Below, in pieces: positions 50,401 through 64,000 of a stretch of 64,000 nt of DNA (positions are counted from its first letter, which is position 1; each line of letters opens with the position of its first letter). The stretch is from Lepidodermella squamata (lineage: Eukaryota > Animalia > Gastrotricha): contig JBLDXI010000042.1 in the NCBI GenBank assembly GCA_047495785.1, positions 1,178,001 to 1,242,000 on the forward strand, written 5' to 3'. A program made the translations under genes and the position numbers. The notes below the pieces were generated by a model. The model saw only the letters and a program-made list of their open reading frames with translations, was not told the origin of the DNA and ran no database searches.

Positions 50401-52659
50401 CCTGGACCCCTCAGGACCTCCCAGAAGTTTTTTCAGCTCAATCGGAGCTTCCGTTGATTTTCTAGAAATTAGGACGGTTTTTTCTTATTTTACCGTATTT
50501 TTTGGTCACGTGACCTGAAATGGGTAGTATATGAGGGGACAGTAGGAGGATATGATAGGTACACCAAAAAACAAACCACGCTGACCAAAGCTTCCCAGCC
50601 AGCTGACAGGCTGGCCCCTCGCCCCTGGGGGAGAGGGGCCCACAATAGATCAACAATGCAAGCTCGCGACTAAAGAGCAAACGACAAAAAGGCAATATAA
50701 ATAAAATGCAAGGTCAATTGAAAAGACGTGAGGCAAATAAATTGTGAATTATGCATTTAAAGCAACAGAATTACCCGTAATCGACTACGGAGAATCCGAA
50801 TACGACATTCATTTTGTTAAAGCAATGATAATCCAATGATAATCACTTCAACAAATTTCGCGCTCGAGCAGCTGCGTTACGGACTACGGAGAATCCGAAT
50901 ATGACATTTATTTCATTATCGAAATATGATAACCCATGATAACCCTTCAAACCATTTTCGCCCTCCTTTTACCCACTTTCGCCGCGCCACTTGCGTATTT
51001 TCACCACGAGTTGCGTATCTTTCACCACCTAACAACTTACGACGCATCACTGTTGAGGTAAGAAACTTCGAACAAGCACTTCAAATTATGCGCCACATCG
51101 ACCCATCGACATCGAGCTGCGTATCGCTGAGGACCATCTCATCATTGTTGTAAATTCAGTCATTCATGTACACTGATGATTGTTATACGTTATACGTATG
51201 TGTTCCTTGTGATATGAGTTCTTTGAGAACCTTGTGGAATATGTGTTAAACGTGATTCACCACAAAAGATCCGCCTTGAAACACAGCTAACTTACACTGC
51301 CTTTTTGTGTCCATTGCCATAGAAGGTGCATTTTGCACATTAATCTATGGGTTTACCCGTAATCGACTACGGAGAATCCGAATATGACATCCATTTTATT
51401 ATAAAGCAATCCTAACCCCATGATAATCCTTCCAATAATTTTCCAAAAATGTTCCGGCTCGCGCGGCTGCGCCGCACTCGCTGAAAGAGTTGCGTAACTT
51501 TAACCACCTTACAACTTAACGAATCCTCACCGATGAGGTAAGAAACTTGCAAGTGTGAATATGCACAGTTTCACATAGCAAAAACCAGCAAGTTGGACAT
51601 GGCACCCCATTAAAAAACCAAATTAGCCAAATTAGCTGAACATGTTCTTTACGAAGAAATGTTTCATATTTCGACGTTTTCGTCATCAACAATTTTTTAT
51701 ATTATTTAATTCAACCCTGCTTGATATTTTACAAACATTATTCGAAACTTCTAAGAAAGGTCCATAAAGTTTCACATTTCACAAAATGCATTTTTATTTT
51801 TCATTCATGCTACTACGAAGTACTAATGATAGCGCGGTACAATAACAAACACGTTGACATATGATATCTCAACGAAGCCGTCATTCACCAGATCTGGATA
51901 CGGAATCCTCGCCACTTAATTCAACGTTGATTAATATTTTGCAAACATTTTTCGAAACTTTTAAGTATCCCAGTAGGGTCCAAAAAGTTCAACATTTCCC
52001 TTGACAATACCCTCGGGAAGTAGCTGTAGCGCCAGTTTTTTCGAGCTGTACGGCTCTGTGATGCATTACTCAAATTTCGAACTCGTAAATGGGAGGGAAA
52101 CCAGATCCTTCACAACTTCACTGGTCTTCTTTTTATAACAAAATCATTCCATCCCATATCTTGCGTCACACGCCGCGTTCGCACGCGCATGATTGAGGTT
52201 GGAGGTCTTCGACTTTAAAATGATAACCCTACCAGCAATCCGTGCTAACGATTACGTCAGCCGGGAAAGTTCATCTTTTTCGGACCTTCATCAGCGGGAA
52301 CGATTACGTCTCATAAAAAAACTAGTTGTTCCCTTCCACGGTCCCGTATATTTCGCGTTGCAGAGATTGTGGATGTTCCCCAGGCAAAATTGAACTTTAA
52401 AGTACAAGTTCCCAACTGCCGTATCGCGCGGAATAATTACTGCAAAGGTTTACCTGCCATTCTCGTTATCACTTCTAAATAACGTAAAACAGTCTCGTAT
52501 CAATTTCGTTGATTTTCGATTTTCACTACATTTAAGGAAAATATATAGTTGGTGCTTGACGTACCGAAAAATGAGTGTGTAGTCTGATTCAATGTTAGGG
52601 TTCGTATTGTTCGCTTTTAGAGCGGCGTCCTTTTCAAGCTTCACTTTCCGCCCCGTTCA

Positions 52660-55600
52660 CTTTCAAAGGAAGGTCGAGGGTTCGAACCCAAGCTTTCGTT
52701 GAACTGCTCTCTAATGATTTCTGTCAACATGCTCTCGCTGTTGGCGATATTTGGTCATCGACTTCAATTCAACTTCAATTCAATCCTTGTCATTCAATTG
52801 TAACCTCAACAATTTGTTTTTCAAGAAATTACCGAAACTTCGGATAGTCGTTGGTTCGAACCCAAACCCTCGTTCAACTGCTCAGCAACGATTTCTTTCA
52901 TCCGTATGCTCTCAATCTTGGCGTTAACGTCGTTACCGAAATCGATTTACCTTGTACATGTTATTCAATCGCACCCTGCTTGAATTAGTATGCCAATTTT
53001 TTGAAAATTTAAAAGTTAAAAGGTCGAGGTTTCGAACCCAAGCTTTCGTTGAACTGCTTTGTGATGATTTCGTTCTCCTTCATGCAGCCAGAAGCTCTTG
53101 ACGTCTAAATGCTCTCGTTTTCGGCGTCAACGTCATTACCGAGATCGATTCAGTTTGTACATTCAATCGCTCCCTCCTTCAATTTTTATAACAATCTCGT
53201 CATCAGTGACATGGATTCTACCAATTCATGTCATTCAATTGTTACCCCGATTAATTTTTACAACAAACCTATCGAAACTTCGAAACTTAACTTAAATTAT
53301 ATTATCCAACCTTCATGTTTTGTTATTTGCGTTCTCGTCATCAGTGTCATCGATTCTCCCAATTCATGTCATTCAGTTGTTACCCCGATTAATTTTTACA
53401 ACAACCTCTCGAAACTTCGAAACTTTAGCTCAAACCTTCTTGTTTTGTTCTTTTTGCGTTCTCGTCATCAGTGACATGGATTCTACCAATTCATGTCATT
53501 CAATTGTTACCCTGATTGTTTTTTTACAACAAACTCTCGAAACTTCGAAACTTCAAAACATGGTCGTGGGTTCGAACCAGATTTCTCCTTTTTCTACTCA
53601 TCAATTTGTTCTTTAACCTTCACGCATTCGTTGTTGGCGTTTTCGTCATCAGCTACATCGATTCTACCAATTCATGTCATTCAATAGTTCTTTTGTTTGT
53701 TTTTCACAACAAAGTCTCACTTCAAAACATGGTCGTGGTTTCGAATCCGATCTCTGGTCGTTCCGCTCTCAAATTTTATTCTTCAACCTTCCTGTTTTGT
53801 TATGTGCGTACTCGTCATCAGTGACATCGATTCTCCCAATTCATGTCATTCAGTTGTTACCCCGATTAATTTTTACAACAAATTCTCGGAACTTCGAAAC
53901 TTGACTTAAATTATATTATCCAACCTTCATGTTTTGTTATTTGCGTTCTCGTCATCAGTGACATCGATTCTCCCAATTCATGTCATTCAATTGTTACCCC
54001 GATTAATTTTTACAACAAACTCTCGAAACTTCGAAACTTCAAAACATGGTCGTGGGTTCGAACCAGATTTCTCCTTTTTCTACTCATCAATTTGTTCTTT
54101 AACCTTCACGCATTCGTTGTTGGCGTTTTCGTCATCAGCTACATCGATTCTACCAATTCATGTCATTCAATAGTTCTTTTGTTTGTTTTTCACAACAAAG
54201 TCTCACTTCAAAACATGGTCGTGGTTTCGAATCCGATCTCTGGTCGTTCCGCTCTCAAATTTTATTCTTGAACCTTCCTGTTTTGTTATGTGCGTACTCG
54301 TCATCAGTGACATCGATTCTCCCAATTCATGTCATTCAGTTGTTACCCCGATTAATTTTTACAACAACCTCTCGAAACTTCGAAACTTTAGCTCAAACCT
54401 TCTTGTTTTGTTCTTTTTGCGTTCTCGTCATCAGTGACATGGATTCTACCAATTCATGTCATTCAATTGTTACCCTGATTGTTTTTTTACAACAAACTCT
54501 CGAAACTTCGAAACTTCAAAACATGGTCGTGGGTTCGAACCAGATCTCTCCTTTTTCTACTCATCAATTTGTTCTTCAACCTGCACGCATTCGTTGTTGG
54601 CGTTTTCGTCATCAGCTACATCGATTCTACCAATTCATGTCATTCAATTGTTAACTCGATTTTACAACATCTTCTCGAAATTTTATGAAAGCGAATAAAT
54701 GTTCAACTACTCTTTAACGTGCATTCTTCTCTAAATATTTCCAAGCCATTCAAAAATACGTTGGACGGTTCCTGAGCGAACCCGAAATTACTACTTATCT
54801 ATAAACACCTAATCCGGAGAACATTCAAATTTACAATTCAATTTCATGTTTCATCAACATTGGGGTGAGGGGGAAGCACCGTCCCCTCCAACGACGTGGA
54901 GGGGATCTCGTAGGGGTGGTTCGAGTCCGTACCCATTACCCAGGAGAGTAGAGAAAAAGAAAGAAAAGGCTAGCGCAGCGTAAGCCTTGTCGAACTCTCC
55001 TGGATGGGGGCGCGACTCTGGGAGTTCCGAAGGAACGCCAGTTCCTTTACGCGTGTTTTACACATACGCCGTAGATTACCACGAACGAAGTGAGATTTCA
55101 TCCCAACAGGGGGGCCCGAGAACGCGTTGGTTAACAGGACATACTCCGATCGACTTGCCCGATTTATGGTGGTATCCTGGACCCCTCAGGACCTCCCAGA
55201 AACTTTTTCAGCTCAATCGGACCTTCCGTTGATTTTCTAGAAATTAGGACGGTTTTTACCTATTTTACCGTATTTTTTAGTCACGTGACCTGGAATGGGT
55301 AGTATACGACAGGACAGTAGGAGGATATGATAGGTACACCAAAAAACAAACCACGCTGACCAAAGCTTCCGAGCCAGCTGACAGGCTGGCCCCTCGCCCC
55401 TGGGGGAGAGGGGCCCCACAATAGCCCGCGACAAAAGAGCAAACGACAAAAAGGCAATATAAATAAAAGTCAAGGTCGATTGAAAAAACCTGCGGCAAAT
55501 TGTTTGTGCATTTTGCACATTAATCTATGGGTTTACCCGTAATCGACTACGGAGAATCCGAATATGAAATCCATTTTATTATAAAGCAATGATAACCCCA

Positions 55601-58600
55601 TGATAATCCTTCCTAAAGTTTTCTGGCTCGCGCGGCTGCGTCGCACTCGCTGAAAGAGTTGCGTAACTTTCACCACCTAACGACGCCTCGCTGAGATATG
55701 AAACTTCGAACAAGCACAACAAGGTTTTTTCCAACATGTTCAAGCTGACAGCTAGAGTTTCGCAATACAGGTTAGTCCACAAATACAGAATACTACCTTT
55801 GAAAACCAACTTCTTTGCAATCACGGCGACATTTCATTTCTTGTGAACGATCAACAGAATCATACTTATTCGTCGTTATTCAGTCGGTATTCAGTTTTCT
55901 AACCATATTTTATCTCATCGTTCTGGTCAAAATAACCAAATTCGCTCGGAAACCAAGTTTTTCCCACCCAAAATGGTCTTACAACAAGTCGAATATGTTC
56001 TTTACAAGGAAATGTTTCACGTCATCAACAATTTTTTATGCTATTTACTTCAACCCTGCTTAATTTTTTACAAACATCAATCAAAACTTCCAAGTAAGAT
56101 TCAACATGAAGTTCAACATTTCGCAAAATACGTTTCGAAGTACTTCGAAACTTCAACTTAAATTATATTATCCAACCTTCATGTGTTGTTCTTTGCGTTC
56201 TCGTCATCAGTGACATCGATTCTACCAATTCATGTCATTCAATTGTTACCCTAATTTTTTTTACAACAAACTCTCGAAACTTCAAACTTTCAAAACATGG
56301 TCGTAGGTTCCAACCCGATCTCTCCTTTTCTACTCTTCAATTTGTTCTTTAACCCTCACGCATTCGTTCTTTACGTTCTCGTCATCAGTGACATCGATTC
56401 TACTAATTCATGTCTTTCAATTGTTACCCTGATTGTTCTTTACAACAACCTCTCTAGACTTCGAAACTTCAACTTAAATTATATTATCCAACCTTCATGT
56501 TTTGTTCTTTGCGTTCTCGTCATCGGTGACATAGATTCTCCCAATTCATGTCTCGCAATTGTTACCCCGATTAATTATTACAACAACCTCTCGAAACTTC
56601 GAAACTTCAACTCAAACCTTCTTGTGTTCTTCTTTGCGTTCTACTTCTACCGTACCCTAATTTTGTTACCCTAATTGTTTTTACAACAAACAACAAACTG
56701 CAAGTTGGACATTGCAAATTAAACACATTATACACATTAAAAAAGTCACATTATACCAAGGAATCCCTGCAAGCTTATACCAATCTGCAATAATTGGTTG
56801 AATTAAGATTCATGTGATTCGCTGAAAGAGTTGCGTAACTTTCACCACCTAAAAACTTAAGACGCCTCGCTGAGATAAGAAACTTCCAACAAGAACTTCA
56901 CAATAAGGTTTTTTCGAACATGTTCAACCTGACAGCGAGTGTGTTGCAATTCAGCTTATTCCACAAATTCACAATCCTCCATTGAAAACCAACTTGACTG
57001 AATCACCGCGACGTTTGCTTTGTTGTAAACGATGAACAGAATCATACTTATTCGTCGTTATTCAGTCGGTTTTCTATGCGTATTTCATCTCAACGTTATG
57101 GTCAATGTGACCAATTTCGTCACCTAACGGTTTGTTTACTGCTCTCCAGGCCGACAGGAGATCATAAATTGACGATAGATACAAGAGAGCAAACGACAAA
57201 AGAGCAAGTCTTATTACTGATAAGTTACTGTCCAAGGTCCAAGGTCGTGGGTACGAACCCAAGCTCCAAGCTCTCGTTTAACTGCTCTTCATGCTCTCGC
57301 TCTCTCAACCTCATGTTGGCGATTTCTTCGTCACCGAGTTTAATTCAACTTATTCATGTCATTCAATTGTACTCTGATCAATTCTTTCAACAATGTTCCG
57401 AAACTGTGAAACCTCGATAGGCAGCTCGAGGGTTCGAACCCAAGCTCTCGTTTAACCGCTCCCATGCTTTAGTTCTCAGCGTAGTCGTTATCATCGACAT
57501 CGATTTAACTTGTGGATGTAATTCCATTGTACCCTGCTTAATTTGTTACTCAACTTTTTTTAAAATTTGAAATATCGAAGGAAGGTCATGGGTTCGTACC
57601 CAAGCTCATGTGAACCTTCAACATCACTCAAGCTCTGGTTTAGCTGCTCTCTAATGATATCTGTCATCCTTATACTTTTGGTCTCGGAATTATTTACTAG
57701 TGATGGTTAACTAGCGTGGTTAACAGGTAATCCGAAAACTGTTAAAAAGTACTCAAAATACGTGTAGACGACTCGGTATTAAGACGGTGTGTTCCTCTTT
57801 ATTTTTATGAAACGGTCGAAGGTTCGAATTCAACCTTTCGTTCAACTGCTTTGCGATGATTTCGTTCATTCCCAAGCTCTCATTCTCGGCATTAACGTCA
57901 TTACCGACATCGATTTAGTTTGCACTTGTCATTCAGTCGAACCCCGCTAAATTTTGCTCTCCAAGGAATTCTTTCATCCGTATGCTCTAGTTCTCGGCTT
58001 TTTGGTCAACACCGACATCGAATTGCCTTTTGCCTTGTACATGGTAATCAATTGTACTCTGCTTACTTATTTATAAGAATTTGTAAGGAGCGGAGTGAAA
58101 ACAAGAAGCTATTTGCCAAGTATTGCCTTTATTAATAACGAGAATATTTAATAATACAAACTGAATCAATACAGAAACAAAGATGTTTATATATGTCCAT
58201 GGAATAATCTGGAACATAGAAGGTTCCAGAACAGGAAAGTTCCAGAGCATGGAAGGTTCCAGAACATAGAATGTTCTAGATCCTCACAGAATTGTCTAAA
58301 AATTTGAAATCTCTGAGTTTGAACCCTCGCTCTCGTTAAACTGCTCTCCAACGAATTCTTTCATCTGTATGCTCTCCTTCACTGCGTTATCCTCACCGGG
58401 AACATGGATTCAACTAATCCCAGTCATTCAATTGTACTTTGCTCAATGTTTTCAAAGAATTTTGTGAACAATTGAAATTTCAAAGTAACATCAAGGGTTC
58501 GAACCCAAGGTCACGTTAAACTGCTCTCCTATGATTTCTGTCACCCTCGTGGTCTCGTTCTCGGCGTTTTCGTCATCCACGACATCGATTTGACTGTTAT

Positions 58601-60540
58601 GGTCAAAGTAACCAAATTCGTTCGCAAACCAAGCATCACCGTTGTAAATATTAGCTGAAAATATTTCAGTTCGAACGTGTAGACGACGAACATCCCATAT
58701 CTTGCGTCACACGCCGCGTTCACACGCGCATGATTGAGGTTGGAACATTTCTTCTGCCACTTTGAGGTCTTCGACTTTAAAATGATAACCCTACCAGCAA
58801 TCCGTGCTAACGATTCCGTCAGCCGGGAAAAGTTCATCTTTTTCGGACCTTCATCAGCAGGAACGATTACGTCTCATAAAAAACTAGTTGTTCCCTTCCA
58901 CGGTCCCGTATATTTCGCGTTGCAGAGATTGTGGATGTTCCCCAGCCAAAATTGAGCTTTAAAGTACAAGTTCCAAACTGCCGTATCGCGCGGGATAATC
59001 ACTGCAAAGGTTTACCTGCCATTCTCGTTATCACTTCTAAATAAAGTAAAACAGTCTCGTATCAGTTTCGTTGATTTTCGATTTTCACTACATTTAAGGG
59101 AAATATATAGTTGGTGCTTGACGTACCGAAAAATGAGTGTGTAGTCTGATTCAATGTTAGGGTTCGTGTTGTTCGCTTTTAGAGCGGCGTCCTTTTCAAG
59201 CTTCACTTTCCGCCCCGTTCACTTTCAAAGGAAGGTCGAGGGTTCGAACCCAAGCTGTCGTTGAACTGCTCTCTAATGATTTCTGTCAACATGTTCTCGC
59301 TGTTGGCGATATTTCGTCATCGACTTCAATTCAACTTCAATTCAATCCTTGTCATTCAATTGTAACCTCAACAATTTGTTTTTCTAGAAATGACCGAAAC
59401 TTCGGATAGTCGTTGGTTCGAACCCAAACCCTCGTTCAACTGCTCAGCAACGATTTCTTTCATCCGTATGCTCTCAATCTTGGCGTTAACGTCGTTACCG
59501 AAATCGATTTACCTTGTACATGTTATTCAATCGCACCCTGCTTGAATTATTATGACAATTTTTTGAAAATTTGAAAGTTAAAAGGTCGAGGTTTCGAACC
59601 CAAGCTTTTGTTGAACTGCTTTGTGATGATTTCGTTCACCTTCATGCAGCCAGAAGCTCTTGACGTCTAAATGCTGTCGTTTTCGGCGTCAACGTCATTA
59701 CCGAGATCGATTTAGTTTGTACATATCATTCAATCGCTCCCTCCTTCAATTTTTATAACAATTTTCTGAAAATTTGGAATTTTAAAGGAACGGCAAGGGT
59801 TCGAACCCAAGCTGACGTTCAGCCGCTCTCCAAGGAATTCTTGCATCCGTATGCTCTCGTTCTCGGCGTTTTCGTCATCAGCAACATCGATTCAACTTAT
59901 CCTTGTCATTCAATTGTATCCTGATCAATTATTTTTAATTTGTTTACCAAAATTTGAAATTCAAAAAGAAGACCGATTGTTTGTTACAACAACCTCTCGA
60001 AACTTCGAAACTTCAGCTCAAACCTTCTTTTTTGTTCTTTTTGCGTTCTCGTCATCAGTGAGATCGATTCTACCAATTCATGTCATTCAATTGTTACCCC
60101 GATTAATTTTTACAACAACCTCTCGAAACTTTGAAACTTCAGCTCAAACCTTCTTGTTTCGTTCTTTCCGTTCTCTTCATCAGTGAGATCGATTCTCCCA
60201 ATTCATGTCATTCAATTGTTACCCCGATTAATTGTTACAACAACCTCTCAAAACTTCGAATCTTCAAAACATGGTCGTGGGTTCGAACCCGATCTCTCTT
60301 TTTTCTACTATTCAAACTGTTCTTTAACCTTAACGCATTCGTTCTTGGCGTTTTGGTCATCAGCTACATCGATTCTACTAATCCATGTCATTCAATTGTT
60401 AACCTGATTTTACAACTTTGAAATTTTACATCTTCTCGAAATAACAATACATTAACAATAATAGGAATTTACAATCAGCTACATCGATTCTACTAATCCA
60501 TGTCACTCAATTGTTAACCCGATTTTACAACATCTTCTCG
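52660..60540. repeat. Interrupted heterogeneous satellite with ~110-170-bp monomers
   Basis: Core gttctcgtcatcagtgacatcgattctaccaattcatgtcattcaattgttacc recurs many times; many monomers carry ggtcgtgggttcgaacc. Confidence 0.85.
58082..58288 (-). mobile_element. Solo LTR, 207 bp
   Basis: TGTAAGGA...TCCTCACA termini. 5-bp TSD GAATT at 58077-58081 and 58289-58293. Internal ~17-bp repeats (gaacatagaaggttcca). TATA-like and AATAAA motifs on the minus strand. Confidence 0.8.
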
Positions 60541-62148
60541 AAACTTTGAAATTTTATGAAAGCGAATAAATGTTCAACTACTCTTTAACGTGCATTCTTC
60601 TCAAAATATTTTCCTAGCCATTCAATAATACGTTGGAAGGTTCCTGAGCGAACCCGAAATTACTGCTTATCTATCAAGACCTAATCCGAAGAACATTCTA
60701 ATTTACAATTAAATTTCAAATGTCATCAGCATTGGGGTGAGGGGGAAGCACCGTCCCCTCCAACGACGTGGAGGGGATCTCCAAGGGGTGGTTCGAGTCC
60801 TTACCCATTACCCAGGAGAGTAGAGAAAAGAAAGAAAAGGCTAGCGCAGCGTTAGCCTTGTGGAACTCTCCTGGATGGGGGCGCGATATGAGAGTTCCGA
60901 AGGAACGTAGTTCCTTACAAGTGTTTTACACATACGCCGTAGATTACCACGAACGAAGTGAGATACCTTCCGAAAGGCACCCCCCGGGAACGAGTTGGTT
61001 AATAGGACATACTCAGATCAACTTACCCGATTTATGGTGGTATCCTCGACCCCTCAGGACCTCCCAGAAGTTTTTTCAGCTCAATCGGAGCTTCCGTTGA
61101 TTTTCTAGAAATTAGGACGGTTTTTTCCTATTTTACCGTATTTTTTGGTCACGTGACCTGAAATGGGTAGTATATGAGGGGACAGTAGGAGGATATGATA
61201 GGTACACCAAAAATCAAACCACGCTGACCAAAGCTTCCCAGCCAGCTGACAGGCTGGCCCCTCGCCCCTGGGGGAGAGGGGCCCACAATAGATCAACAAT
61301 GCAAGCTCGCGACTAAAGAGCAAACGACAAAAAGGCAATATAAATAAAATGCAAGGTCAATTGAAAAGACGTGAGGCAAATAAATTGTGAATTATGCATT
61401 TAAAGCAACAGAATTACCCGTAATCGACTACGGAGAATCCGAATATGACATTCATTTTGTTAAAGCAATGATAATCCAATGATAATCATTTCAACAAATT
61501 TCGCGCTCGAGCAGCTGCGTTACGGACTACGGAGAATCCGAATATGACATTTATTTCATTATCGAAATAGGATAACCCATGATAACCCTTCAAACCATTT
61601 TCGCCCTCCTTTTACCCACTTTCGCCGCGCCACTTGCGTATTTTCACCACGAGTTGCGTATCTTTCACCACCTAACAACTTACGACGCATCACTCTTGAG
61701 GTAAGAAACTTCGAACAAGCACTTCAAATTATGCGCCACATCGACCCATCGACATCGAGCTGCGTATCGCTGAGGACCATCTCATCATTGTTGTAAATTC
61801 AGTCATTCATGTACACTGATGATTGTTATACGTTATACGTATGTGTTCCTTGTGATATTAGTTCTTTGTTCTTTGAGAACCTTGTGGAATATGTGTTAAA
61901 CGTGATTCACCACAAAAGATCCGCCTTGAAACACAGCTAACTTACACTGCCTTTTTGTGTCCATTGCCATAGAGGTGGCATGGTTATTTTTATAATAAAA
62001 CTACCAAGTTGCAGATTTCATGCCTCCAAGTTTTCAACCACATTTTTAAGTCATCGGTTCAAATATTCGCAATCTCATTTCCATATGCACAGAAAAATTA
62101 CATATAACAAAATAACAAAAACAATACTAAATTTTAAAGGAAAAAAAT

Positions 62149-62225
62149 GTGTCGCGGCCGGGACTCGAACCCTCCATTAACTGCATTTCACAACGTTACA
62201 CCGTAACCACTCGGCCGCACAACAC
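62149..62225 (-). pseudogene. tRNA-like sequence (pseudo-tRNA or SINE head; GTG in the loop position)
   Basis: A-box-like ggccgagtggtta, B-box gggttcgagtccc, a pairing acceptor stem and a downstream T7 run. Anticodon and T stems pair poorly. Confidence 0.55.
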
Positions 62226-62609
62226 ATCTGACTTATGCATTGCAAATCAATATAAAAATATTAGATGAGAAAAAGAAAAATCAAAAAAGTTTCCAGCTTC
62301 TTCCGGGAATCGAACGCGTCTTAATCACTATATAGTTCGCTTCGCTTAGGCATTGGTTCGATTACTGCTCTCGTCACGTTTTTGCATTTCATTTTTTTCT
62401 TCTTAACATTTCAAATCAGATTAATTCCTGTACAAATTTTTGCAGAATGAGCAATAAAACTCGAACGTTTACCATTCACGTGAATTTTCATGAGTACAAA
62501 GTGCATGCCTGTCATATGGCCGACACGCGATTCACCATCAGCTGTTTCGCGGCGCAGCGGCGGCAACAGCAAGCAGACGGTTCGATCCGGTATTCAAGCT
62601 TCATTCACA

Positions 62610-63225
62610 ACGATTTAATTGTCTTGAAAACAAGCTCTATTTCCTTAAACATTAGAATTACTTATGCTGCTAGCTACAATCAATCCATCTTCCGCTCGAA
62701 TCGATAACAGTGTGACAATGCTGCTGGCTAAGGTTTGCTAGTATATTATTGCCAGTTCATATCACTTTTCTCACTTTTCCCATGATTACAGCTACTGGAT
62801 GAAATGGCTATTTCAAAACTGTTGTCGCCTTTGGTTTTCCATGGTCACTACTTACTACCAGAAAGCGGTGAGTACATTTTTTTCCCCATTGATTTTATTT
62901 ACTATAGTGAATTTATTACGATTTATTTCTCTTGAAAACAAGCTCTTATTCCCTGACCACTGAAATTGGTAATGCTGCCCGCGCTCAAATCATTCCATTT
63001 TCCACGATGAATCGTTGACAGCGTTACTTTTCTGCAGTCTCAGGTTTGCTAGTCTATGATTTCGAGTTCATTTCAATATTCCCATTATGATAAAGAAACT
63101 GGATCAAATGGTGATTTCGAAAGTGTTTCCGGCTTCGGTTGTCAACGAGCAATACTTACTCTCAGAAAACAGTGAGTACATTTTTTTCCTCATTAATTTT
63201 ATTTGTAGTAAATTTTATTGATTTT
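62610..63225. repeat. Two diverged tandem copies of an ~308-bp unit
   Basis: cttgaaaacaagctc at 62623 and 62931; gtgagtacattttttt in both copies. Confidence 0.75.
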
Positions 63226-63241
63226 TTTTCATTCATTAACA

Positions 63242-64000
63242 CGTTTTTTCGCTCTGTATTATTTTCTTTCATCGTTATGCTCTCGTTATCGACGTTTTCG
63301 CCATCAACAAAGTCGATTCAAGCAATCCCTGTCATTCAACTGTACTTTAATAAATTTTTTTCAAGAATTTTTTCAAACTTTGAAATTCCAAACGAGGGTC
63401 GTAGGTTGGCGCCCGGCCTCTCGTTTTTTCGCTCTGTATTATTTTCTTTCATCGTTATGCTCTCGTTATCGACGTTTTCGCCATCAACAAAGTCGATTCA
63501 AGCAATCCCTGTCATTCAACTGTACTTTAATAAATATTTTTCAAGAATTTTTTCAAACTTTGAAATTCCAAACGAGGGTCGTAGGTTGGCGCCCGGCCTC
63601 TCGTTTTTTCGCTCTGTATTATTTTCTTTCATCGTTATGCTCTCGTTATCGACGTTTTCGCCATCAACAAAGTCGATTCAAGCAATCCCTGTCATTTAGT
63701 TGTACTTTAATAAATTTTTTTCAAGAATTTTTTCAAACTTTGAAATTCCAAACGAGGGTCGTAGGTTGGTGCCCGGCCTCTCGTTTTTTCGCTCTGTATT
63801 ATTTTCTTTGATCGTTATGCTCTCGTTATCGACGTTTTCGCCATCAACAAAGTCGATTCAAGCAATCCCTGTCACTCAGTTGTACTTTAATAAATTTTTT
63901 TTAAGAATTTTTTCAAACTTTGAAATTCCAAACGAGGGTCGTAGGTTGGCGCCCGGCCTCTCGTTTTTTCGCTCTGTATTATTTTCTTTCATCGTTATGC
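63242..64000. repeat. Homogeneous 180-bp satellite, more than 4 copies, running off the window
   Basis: cgttttttcgctctgtatt at 63242, 63422, 63602, 63782 and 63962, with few substitutions. Confidence 0.95.

Larger units (their letters stand above)
47760..61975. repeat. Complex macro-repeat: four copies of a GC-hairpin-rich block (starting ~47760, 50230, 55005, 60875) with near-identical multi-kb duplications
   Basis: 47996-49570 recurs at +2466; 49570-50240 recurs at +4772; 52150-53200 recurs at ~58690-59760. The ORF track repeats identical spurious peptides. Confidence 0.9.

Noticed and set aside
53190-54660. CRISPR-like array
   Set aside because: The sequences between core repeats are themselves repeated, there are no cas genes, and the context is eukaryotic.
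62149-62225. Functional tRNA-His(GTG)
   Set aside because: The anticodon stem does not pair, the T stem is mismatched and U8 is absent.
47660-63811. Numerous 60-200-aa ORFs in the repeat region
   Set aside because: They are translations of satellite or macro-repeat DNA in several overlapping frames, with no domain motifs.

Overview
Eukaryotic genomic DNA, most likely from a compact-genome invertebrate: AT-rich, GT-AG introns mostly 46-60 bp, AATAAA just after stop codons. The organism cannot be named from the sequence. Layout: (1) 1-3.8 kb diverged tandem repeats. (2) 5-45 kb a dense cluster of secretory-pathway genes: one Thr-rich GPI-anchored Ly6/three-finger gene; four type II membrane SGNH/GDSL-fold genes (one a pseudogene); seven intact prolyl 4-hydroxylase alpha-like (P4HA) genes plus several P4HA remnants; a small orphan secreted-protein gene that appears only after splicing; and three secreted proteins with 13-aa Cys/Thr/Pro repeats. 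(3) 45.6-64 kb a TA-flanked DNA transposon, mosaic multi-kb repeats, a satellite carrying a tRNA B-box-like motif, a solo LTR and a homogeneous 180-bp satellite. The best candidate for an undescribed system is the interleaved SGNH + P4HA + secreted repeat-protein cluster. Most of its P4HAs have a non-canonical architecture (signal anchor, then two TPR-like peptide-binding modules, then the catalytic domain, with no N-terminal dimerisation domain). All exon boundaries were read by eye from splice signals, frame continuity and paralog alignment; no searches were run.
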